Assembly: GCF_009914755.1 (NCBI RefSeq)
Contig: NC_060931.1
DNA length: 64,000 nt
Origin: the human T2T-CHM13v2.0 reference genome, Homo sapiens
Reading direction: 5' to 3' (one strand)
Shown here: one piece after another, positions 54,690 through 64,000 of the stretch
How the letters are laid out: every line of letters starts with the position of its first letter
How positions within the stretch are numbered: position 1 is the stretch's first letter
Notes under the pieces: model-generated
Seen by the model: the letters and a program-made list of their open reading frames with translations, nothing else
What the model was told of the DNA's origin: nothing
Databases searched by the model: none
Translations under genes and position numbers: made by a program

Positions 54690-55215
54690 GATTCGACCAG
54701 GGAAGAAAAACCACTATGCATGATATGGAAGTAGAAATTTATTATAGGAATTGGAACTTGCACAATTGTGGGAAGAGCAGGGAAGGTAAAATTCTGAAAA
54801 GTGGAGTTAAAACGGTAGAGAAAAGCCACAGACGACTCAGAACTTACAGTGATTCCTGGGAGCCAGCACGTCCTGCTGCCGGAGTGGGACCTCAAAGCCT
54901 ATGGAAGGTTGTTGGTTCTTCAGGTCTACGGCCTCTGTGAATTCTCAGCAAAGCATCTGGTAGAAGGCCTGGTAGAAGACCTGGGACAAGGTCACCATCA
55001 GGAGGGAGGGGGGTGCGAGGACAAACAGGAACCTGCTAACACCTCTGTGTCTGTTTCTATCACCAACAGGTGCTGATAACCTTCAGAACATGGCAGCTGC
55101 TTTCCTTCTGCCTCCCAGAACTCACAACTTCCCTTTGGACCAACTCCAATCTGAAATTATGTAGAAAGGGAGAGTCTGAAAAACATAGTCCCAAACATAA
55201 CCAAGTAGACAATAG
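54690..55215 (-). mobile_element. LTR78/LTR79-like old LTR
   Basis: CAGGGAAGAAAAACCACTATG..AAATTTATTATAGGAATTGGAACTTGCACAATTGTGGGA; minus-strand AATAAA at 54738-54743. Confidence 0.6.
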
Positions 55216-55289
55216 AACAATCTGGCACATTGATTGGTATTTTGACTTAACCGCCAGATCACCAGCAGCTCATTGTAGGCAGGCGCAAG

Positions 55290-56272
55290 TAAATATCTCA
55301 CCTCAAATGCAACAAGTACAAAATGAATGCATCATAGTGTCCCAGGCTTCCATTAAACAAAAACAAATAAATAAAACAAACAAAAAGCAATCTTTTATCC
55401 CTCAGCTTTATTAATGCATAACTAACAAATAAAAATGGTATATATATTTATGGTGTACATCATGACATTTCTTTCCGTGTATACAAAAAGCAATCTTTCT
55501 GAGTACTGCTCAGTTACCACTACCTCTAAGTGATCCTGTGTATTCCACACCCTAAGTGTCCATCTGACCTTCCTCACTGCCCTGTGTCCCAGCAGTCTCT
55601 GCCTTCTATCAAGCTTTCCTCTTTGCTTTCCCGCATTAATGAAGTGCTCCTCTCTCTTGCCACCCTGCCTCCAATCTCGCCCTGCTCCAAACCTTCCATT
55701 AAACCACATGAATCTTTCTAAAATGTAAAATTCTGCTTATTTTACTTAAATTATTTTAGTGACTCCGTATCACCTATCATATACATCTTTCTTGGTGTGA
55801 TATGAAAGACCCCTCATATATATTCTGACCCCCACCTACATTTTTAGCCCCTCTCCTGTCCTAATCCCAAATGCACTGTGCCCCAACTATTTTAAACTAT
55901 TTGTAAAACCCTGATTATAGGATTATGTCAACACAGGAGTCTGTGTGCCTTCCTCCCCTTGCAAATACAGTTGCCTGACAAACTCCTTCTCATCCCATAG
56001 GATTTGACTCAAACATGACCTTCTTTGTGGTGTCCTCCTTGTTTCCTCACCTTCTCCCAATCCCCAAAGTCAGTCCATAACATTCTCCTAACAGTGGATA
56101 GCATGTGCCATGCTGTACCAGGTCTGCTGATTTACATGTCTGTCTTCTGTGCTAGTTGTGAGCTCCTCAATGTTAAGGACCACATCTCATTCATCTTTGT
56201 AGTCCCAGACACTAACACTTCCCAGGTGCATGGTAGGGGCTCAATAAACATTTGGTTAAGAAATTAATTGAT
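55290..56272 (+). mobile_element. L2 3' region
   Basis: Ends CACTAACACTTCCCAGGTGCATGGTAGGGGCTCAATAAACATTTGGTTAAGAAATT. Confidence 0.75.
55396..55482 (-). mobile_element. tiny L1MA 3'-end insertion with TSD
   Basis: ACTAACAAATAAAAATGGTATATATATTTATGGTGTACATCATGA flanked by ACAAAAAGCAATCTTT (55380-55395 / 55483-55498). Confidence 0.75.
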
Positions 56273-58435
56273 GAATCACAAGATCTGACATGTTTAAATA
56301 TTTTATTCCATATTTATAGCTGCTTCCATACAAATTATGATTCCCATAAAACATAGGTTTACATTTACCAAAAAAAAAATTAATTTGGGGGTAATCCAAT
56401 ACATGTACATGGCCAAATAATGAAATTCAGTTTAAATCTTGAAATGGCCCTAAATCATATGACCTCATTGATCAGATTAATAAGATTATTTCTAAATCTC
56501 AATTTCACCAGTGATGTTTAAACATATTTTTGACCTGCCATTGGAATACAGAACAACAAAGGAAACATCTGGTTGTTCTTAACTTTGGGGAGACAAATCC
56601 ATTTGTTAACAGTAGCAATAGGAGAGCTGACAGAACCTGATAACAGCTCCAACACAGGGAGCTCAGCCCACAACAGATGGACCAGACACTTCAGGGAAAG
56701 CTTTAAAAAGATGTCTTTTCTAATTCAGGTTATACACTCCTTGAAAGTTCCTTCAACATAAGCATGAAAGTTTGCAGATGATTTTATCAGGTCTGACAGC
56801 TTTTTTCTAGAGGTTAGTTTGCAATTGCCTCTCGGGAATAGTTTGGTTGAATTTCACTGGATTTTGTAAGTAAAGGCAGGAATGTTTCTAATAAGTCAAC
56901 AAACTGAAAGTCCTAAGCAGTTTGCATCACTGCCAACTTTCTGAGTGCGACCCTTGGCTGGTCAGAGTTTGTCTGTGTTCTTTTTTTTTTTTTTTTAATA
57001 ACTCTTCATCAGCTAACCAAGGTTAACCCAGAGTTATTGCTATTTCTTCTACATGTTTTGGACATAGTTTAATAGTAATTATGTTTAGGCTCTAATGATG
57101 TAAAAAAAAAAAAAAAAAGAAAGAAAGAAAGCTCAAACCCTGGCCAGTGCAAAATTATTGGAAAGCATTTTAATACAACTATCTTAATCATATTTCTAAA
57201 TATGTTAGTCATGTATAATAGTTACATTGATTCTAATCAAACTCTCCAAACATTCTATCCCTTTTCAATGCCATAAGACCTATATATTCCCTCTTAAACT
57301 GTTAAATTTTGTAGCCATTTTTAAATGGTCTAATTTACTTTTGGACTCACCAAATAAAAGATGCCTAAGTTGATTATTAAATCATTCCTATTGGAATAGA
57401 ATAAAGTACTTAATCATATTTGGACAAGGCAGTAGTTAATAAGAACCACACACTGAAGTACTTTCTAATATAATGTCCCCTTACATACACTACAATTAGT
57501 AAATTGTTTGGTATATTGGCTTTAAATGGACTGGCTTCAGTAAAATTTTGGTTGATACTTAATATTTTTTAATTATTTTCACCAGACTTTGGAACTGTTT
57601 TCATAGCTGGAGAAACTGATCCACAGGGGTTAAATACCAAAGCACACATCAAGTTAGCCATAAAACCTAGAATTGCAGTAATTACACAAACTCACACACT
57701 CACAGACACATTTTTAAACTCCATCCTTAATGAAATGCTGATCGATGAAAAAAAATCACTTTATTTTTCTTGGCACATTATTTTCCAAGATAGGTTATTT
57801 TAGTGTCAAAGTTTAAATTAACAGATGGACTGGATAAGTTCATTTGGAAATGATGCTATAGTATGCTGCATAAAAATGAAAATTTTCTTTCCCAAAATTT
57901 ACCAGAAGGTAAAAGACAGAGAAAGAAAAGAAAAATAAATGAACATGACTTTGGAGATAGAGGCATCGATAGGTCAAAGAGTTATGGAAGCAGCCTTCCA
58001 GGACTTTTTGGAAGTCTTGGCCTTAATTTCTCATCTTCCAAGAGGACAGAGATTCTCCAAAATATCCTCTCTTAGGACTTCTCACTGCCTGTCATCTGGT
58101 TTTTCCTTTATTTCTCACATTCCCTAGGTTCCCAAAGGAGAGATCAGAAATTGAGAAAACAGAGGCACTAGAGAAGGAACATTCCAGTCCCTCTTCACAT
58201 CCCACAGGTCTGAGTCCTAGGCACCTACAGCCCACCACTTAGGCCAGCTTGACTGCCTAGGACCCTGGCTCCGACCTGTGCAGTGTTCTACAGATGGACA
58301 GCATAGCACCTTTGGCCTGCACTGCAACATCAGTCCCCAATGATCAAGCCAGCAGAGAAGTGGCCATGCCTTAGGTTGTGGCTGACTTTGCAGACAGAGA
58401 AGGAAAATGAAAGAGTGCCTTAAGTTCTACTTCTC

Positions 58436-58577
58436 AAAAAAAAAAAAAACTTTTGGGTACTAGGCTTAATAGCTGGGTGATGGAATAATCTGTACAACAA
58501 ACCCCCATGACACGAGTTTACCTGTATAACAAACCTGCACATGTAACCCTAAGCCTAAAATAAAAGCTTAAAAAAAA
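58436..58577 (+). mobile_element. L1PA13-16 3' end fragment
   Basis: GGGTACTAGGCTTAATAGCTGGGTGATGGAATAATCTGTACAACAAACCCCCATGACACGAGTTTACC..AATAAAAG. Confidence 0.88.
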
Positions 58578-58653
58578 TAGGTCTACTGCTCCCAGTTAAA
58601 CGACTGCATCATTCACTACAGAACCGGAGACAATTTAAAATAATTATAACAGA

Positions 58654-58947
<294 letters not shown>

Positions 58948-58979
58948 AAATAATTATAATGGAAGTGCAGTCATTCTGG

Positions 58980-59170
58980 AAAGACACAGACTTAAGACAG
59001 CTGTGTGACTTTGGATAGGTTACATGATCTCTCTGAGCCTCATTTCCCTCAATGTAAACCGAGAAGGGTGATACCTATTCTGGAGTTCTTTTAATGAGGA
59101 TGTAAGCAGAGCTCCAGACTCATGATGAATACATGGTACACATTTAATAAGTGACAGCTAAATACATTAT
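58980..59170 (+). mobile_element. MIR
   Basis: AGCTGTGTGACTTTGGATAGGTTACATGATCTCTCTGAGCCTCATTTCCCTC. Confidence 0.75.
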
Positions 59171-60399
59171 ACCTTTGCCTGATTTTAGGAGAGAGGTCAT
59201 AAGCTGGATGTGAAAATGAACCAAATCACTAACAAAATTGCAGCACCCTGTTGGAGACGGTAATTTTTTCTTAATTTTTCTGCCTACAATTTCCTAGGTC
59301 TTCTAATTAACATTGTGATACTTTAGCTTGTAGCCTAGCAGTCTTGTTCTTGTCCTCAATATTAAGTATGCTCAGTCATATTTTTAGATAACTTAACATT
59401 GCATATTTATTTTTAGACAGCCCAGCCACACATAAATGACCAATACAAATCAACATAAAAGCAGTTCATATCCAAAGTGCCCAGTTTTAACCCTCTGTAG
59501 CTGGCAGTTCCATTTTTAACGCGAAGTTTCCTAAAATGTATAATCTATAAAACTAATTTTATAGAAAATTGACACTGAAGATATTAAGAAAAATCAAAGC
59601 ATTTTGTGGTCAATTAAATTGGGGAGATGGTAGGGTAAGCAAAGTTAAGAAGGGTTTTTTTGGTTTTTGGTTCGGTTTTGCTGTTTTGTTTTATCACATG
59701 AATTTTCAAAACCTTCAACATTCGAACATACATGACATAGCTCTAAAAAGGTAATAGGAGTCCTACATTTCCAAATTTTATCTGTGCTCAGAAATGACAT
59801 TAGGTGACATTACCTGAATTCTTCTATTGTCTTTTTGTAGAGACATTTGCCATAGGCACAATAATAGGGGTGATGGGGCAGGAGGAAGGGAAAAACAGAG
59901 TGAAAGAAGGAGTTCCAGAGTAACTACTCTTTAAGGCAGGGATCACAGATCCTAATGCCTACAGGAGAAAGTGAAATCAAGATCAGAGGTGGGCCAGACA
60001 CAACCCAAGAGAAGATGGTAGGTCAATGGCAAACAGCAGATCATATGGTCTTTCTACCTCAATTCACACTTTTAAAAACATTCTGTGCACCTGTATATGT
60101 CTGTGGGCCCTATTCACCATACATTGCAAGCATGAAGCCCCTATTCTTAGGAGACTGCTTTCATTTTTATTTCAAAAACAGCACCAACTTCAAGAGTGCC
60201 TTCAAAGACCCAAATTTTAATGTGTTAAAGGGAGGGAAAAAAAGATAGAGCATATTAGAGCAGGAGGTGGCTGTTCCTCTGTCTCTTTGTCACAGCTATC
60301 ACTAGACCCATCTCAAAGTTAAGAGATGGGATCCTGTTTGTAGTTCAACATTATGTTATCCACAGGTGGATGGATAAGACCTGCTTATGCCTTTGGATC

Positions 60400-60600
60400 A
60401 TTTATATTTTACCAGACACTGTTCCATGTGCTCTACTTGTAGCTCCTCATTTTATCCTCACAATAACCCTATCATGATCCCCATTTCACAGATGAGACAC
60501 GAGAGAGTTTAATCCACTGGCCTGTAGCTACACAGCTAGCAAGAGACATAGCTGGGATTGAAATCCAGGTTGTTTGGTTCTAAAACTCTTAACTATTATG
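60400..60600 (-). mobile_element. MIR
   Basis: ATCCCCATTTCACAGATGAG..ACACAGCTAGCAAG..GCTGGGATTGAAATCCAGGT. Confidence 0.8.
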
Positions 60601-60639
60601 CTCAACTCAGTCTTGGAGATGTTGTTCCCAATTTGAGGG

Positions 60640-61085
60640 GTCTATCAGTTTTAATTGCTTTCAGCTGCAGGTGACAGAAGTCCCAGCTACCAGTGTCTAG
60701 AACAAGTTTTGTTTTTGTTTTTTTTCCACAAAACAAGAAATCTGGAAGCAGGTGTCTACTGGCAGTAGGGCTGTACCTCAGCAATGTCAGCACCAACTTC
60801 TGCATGCTGGTCACAAGATGGTTAGTTCTTCACTGGGCATCATATATGAAATCAAGAAGCAAGAAAGGAAAAGGGGTGGCACCAGCCTTAAACCCTTTCC
60901 CACAAGGCCCCATCAGACTTCAACTTATACCTCATTACCAGAATGACATCACATGGCCATGTCTAGCTGCAAAGGAGTCTGGGAAAGCAAATATTTCTCT
61001 TTTCAAGCCCCAAGAGTGGAGGCAGGAACAGGAAAATCTCGTTGGGAACAGATGCTGGCTTAGCCAGCCAACAGTGTGGACCACA
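60640..61085 (-). mobile_element. old MLT1 (K-like) LTR
   Basis: TTGCTTTCAGCTGCAGGTGACAGAA...CACATGGCCATGTCTAGCTGCAAAGGAGTCTGGGAAAGCAAATAT. Confidence 0.65.
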
Positions 61086-61733
61086 AGAGATTTGGTTTGG
61101 TTAAGAAAATACCAACAGAACTTCATCATACAGTGTATCACCCATGACATGAACCCAAGGAAAGTTAAATAGCAACAATTAAAAGTTTGCTGCAAAACCA
61201 AAATTGAATTATAGAACTCCTATTACCTTTTAAAATATCTGTTTCCATTCATTTCCAAAAATCTGAAATTATCTGTAAACATTTTCCCAATCAAATCTGT
61301 CTAGGTAGTGTGTAAAAATTACTTGACCTTCACACACCCAGATACTTTTAGTTATGCTATTGTTAGTTATGTTATTTCATAAAATGTTATCTCCTTATTT
61401 ACAGTTGATAAATGAAATGATGATTTTCAATACAGTTTCAAAACTGGATTGAAATTTTGTTAGTTATTAGAAACTAGAAAGTTTCAGTGCTGAAAATACA
61501 CAACGGGTTGTTTGTATTTATCATCTATTTTATTTTCCAGTTTGCATTGGCTTTTCTGGGTCTTTCTACAACTTTAATTGTAAATTTTTTCTTTTATATT
61601 TTTATCATGGCACTCAAACTCAGAAAACCTGTTAAGGCAACTACATAATGTGATCTAAAAATCCAGTTAACATATTGCTATGGAAACCAGGAAATAGAAA
61701 CAGCACTCTAATCATTCCTTTAGACAACTATGG

Positions 61734-61736
<3 letters not shown>

Positions 61737-61770
<34 letters not shown>
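61737..61770. repeat. (TG)17 microsatellite
   Basis: Read directly. Confidence 0.97.
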
Positions 61771-61775
<5 letters not shown>

Positions 61776-61984
61776 CTTTTTAAATTCATTAATTTATTCA
61801 TCTTTTATTGAAAGCTGTTACTGAACCCAAAATCTGTAATTGATCTGTCCATAAATAGGCCCAGTGCCTTATTACCAGTAAATTAGTGTTTTTTAATGAG
61901 CTATAGTCATTGATAAATTATGCCATGCCGTATCAGGAAATCTCCAGTCAGGCCGCGTTGTTTATTTAGCCTGCTGAGGCCTCT

Positions 61985-62120
61985 TGGTATGGTGTGAAGG
62001 ACACCTGACTGGGCTGAAAGCTAAGTTCTAACTTTGCCCCTCTTACTAACCAGCTATGTGACTCTCCTGGGAACTTTTAGGGACTCAGTTTCTTTACCTG
62101 CAAAATGGTTCAATGCAAGA
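61985..62120 (+). mobile_element. MIR
   Basis: CTTACTAACCAGCTATGTGACT..CTCAGTTTCTTTACCTGCAAAATGG. Confidence 0.7.
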
Positions 62121-63304
62121 CTTTAGTAACGTAATGGGAACTTTCCTTTTCCATAAAACTGGGGAATCAAGAGGTAATCTCTTTTGAGGACTGAAATCAC
62201 TCTTATGTAACCTCTGGTTACATTATCATTTCCAAGTGCCTGGCACTTGGGAAATGATAACTATTCTTACTACATTTTTCTATGTTTCATTCTGTAGTAA
62301 ATAAGAACTGAACCTGCATAGTAACTGTTATTTTAACCCATGACTTTCAATAACGAAGATATCTATGTCTCATTATCTATTGCCATGATTGAACAAGTTG
62401 GTATGAGAGCCGGAACGAACTCAAGTTCTAACCGGCAATGCCCGTTCCTTAGATCCTATTACCTTTGAGTGTTCATTTACTCTTGTAGGTGCCAATTTTT
62501 ATAGCGAAATACAAAGTTATCCCAACACAATTACTCCTAATAGAGTTCACCGAGGCCCCAAAAGCTCTTTTTTAAAAATCATCATAAGATTTCAACATTC
62601 AAGAATTAAACTTTTGTTCTGTTGTGCTTATTCATCGCTATTTGCCCAGTTATTTAATCAGCCTGCTTCCGGCTATGGAAAAAAAAAAAAAGAAAAAAAG
62701 AAATGGAAGTCTCCTCAGGGTTAAACTCCTCTGTTGTTCTTCCTTGCAGAAATTTGAGTTATTATAGTAGAGGATAATCGTTGCATAATGAAATCATTGG
62801 GACAATTCGTCCATCCACTTCTACCTCCGCCTCTAACAATGAACTCCTTGTTTCTGCGGTGCCCAAATCTCTCTAAACCCGGGTGGGCGCGGGGCGGTTA
62901 GCGGAGACGTGGGAGAGGCCGAGAGCAAAGCTCGCGCCCTTCCCGGGGTCAGCGAGCGGGGTGCCAGGAGGGTGCGCGCCCTGCATCTGAGCCCGGGGTG
63001 ACACTCGCCTCCCAAGCGCCAGGAGGGGGAGACTCGGTCCCGCTTATCTCCGGCTGTGCTAACTTCAGACTGCCTGAGCTGGGGGAGGAGAGCGCGCAGC
63101 CAGGGCGAGAAAACTTCTCCACCTAGAAAGTTTCACCTTGTCGTGGGCGGGGCAGAGGCGGGAGGAAACGCGACCCCCGCGGGGCCAGGCGCGGCGCGGA
63201 CGGCAGGAAGGGCGGGGGCCGATTTCCCTCTGGGTGGTGCCAGTCCCCACCTCAGCGGTCCTCGGAACCCGCGGACTAGGGGACGGACAGCACGCGAGGC
63301 AGAC

Positions 63305-63686
63305 AGACACGTGCTGGGGCGGGCAGGCGAGCGCCTCAGTCTGGTCGCCTGGCGGTGCCTCCGGCCCCAACGCGCCCGGGCCGCCGCGGGCCGCGCGCGC
63401 CGATGCCCGGCTGAGTCACTGGCAGGGCAGCGCGCGTGTGGGAAGGGGCGGAGGGAGTGCGGCCGGCGGGCGGGCGGGGCGCTGGGCTCAGCCCGGCCGC
63501 AGGTGACCCGGAGGCCCTCGCCGCCCGCGGCGCCCCGAGCGCTTTGTGAGCAGATGCGGAGCCGAGTGGAGGGCGCGAGCCAGATGCGGGGCGACAGCTG
63601 ACTTGCTGAGAGGAGGCGGGGAGGCGCGGAGCGCGCGTGTGGTCCTTGCGCCGCTGACTTCTCCACTGGTTCCTGGGCACCGAAAG
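63305..63686 (+). other. MET: MET exon 1 (non-coding 5' UTR); shorter transcripts start near 63514
   Basis: GCCCTCGCCGCCCGCGGCGCCCCGAGCGCTTTGTGAGCAGATG...TTCCTGGGCACCGAAAG recognised as the MET mRNA leader, followed by donor GTAAAA. The start coordinate is from memory of the reference transcript. Confidence 0.9.
63554..63601 (+). other. upstream ORF in the MET 5' UTR (MRSRVEGASQMRGDS*)
   Basis: ATG at 63554, in-frame ATG at 63584, TGA at 63599-63601, all inside exon 1. Confidence 0.7.
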
Positions 63687-64000
63687 GTAAAATTGCAGCC
63701 CCTTTCAGATCCAGTACCCAATCCCTCGCCTCAGGGGTTCTGCTTTCTTTGTTCCCCTAAGAGACCTGACTGCTGTTCCAGGGGGCAAAACCACGTAGGT
63801 GGGCTAGAGTTTAGGGGCTTCGGAAACTGAAGAGACGTGGCCACGGCGAGGACGAAACTAGAATGGGGCTTGTCTTTTTAGGGGGTTGCTTCTGATGGCC
63901 ACCTGTATGACTTAGGAGGGAGAGGGGCGCTGGGACAGTGGGTGATGTGTGACTGTTACGGCCCAGCAAGTTTTAAAGCTGGGATCTGACTCAGCCCTTA
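63687..64000 (+). other. MET: start of MET intron 1
   Basis: Follows the AAG|GTAAAA donor. Confidence 0.9.

Larger units (their letters stand above)
62855..63700 (+). promoter_or_regulatory. MET: MET CpG-island promoter (TATA-less)
   Basis: Very GC- and CpG-rich; multiple GGGCGG Sp1 boxes, E-box CACGTG at 63308-63313, AP-1 TGAGTCA at 63412-63418; contiguous with recognised MET exon 1. Confidence 0.95.

Noticed and set aside
60693-61172. 159-aa ORF
   Set aside because: Non-ATG start inside an old MLT1 LTR, with no recognisable domain.
62382-62400. CCATGATTGAACAAG resembles the start of the neomycin-resistance gene
   Set aside because: The match is only ~15 bp, does not continue, and sits in MIR-like sequence; coincidence rather than vector contamination.
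63056-63830. Overlapping 100-180 aa ORFs on both strands
   Set aside because: Expected by-product of CpG-island GC content; MET coding sequence starts in exon 2, outside the window.

Overview
Primate, almost certainly human, non-coding DNA immediately upstream of the MET proto-oncogene (7q31.2, CAV1-MET interval). The last ~1.1 kb holds the MET CpG-island promoter and non-coding exon 1, ending at the donor GAAAG|GTAAAA (63686/63687); I recognise this from the MET mRNA 5' UTR. The other ~63 kb has no credible protein-coding exon. It is a mosaic of Alu, L1, L2, MIR, MaLR/ERVL/ERV1 LTRs, DNA transposons (MER44, MER46C, MER58B, MADE1) and one SVA_A-type element, with several enhancer-like motif clusters. 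From memory of the locus, most of it lies within the antisense lncRNA COMETT/LINC01510. I found no new gene system. The most unusual things visible directly are: (i) a perfect 67-bp inverted duplication (26315-26381 / 26902-26968) that copies the 3' end, TSD and flank of one Alu onto the 5' end of its neighbour; (ii) a 41-bp piece of a local MLT1D LTR pasted into an AluJ ~590 bp downstream; (iii) an SVA with a (TC)32 head and premature polyadenylation. Repeat subfamily names were assigned by eye, and boundaries of old elements are approximate.
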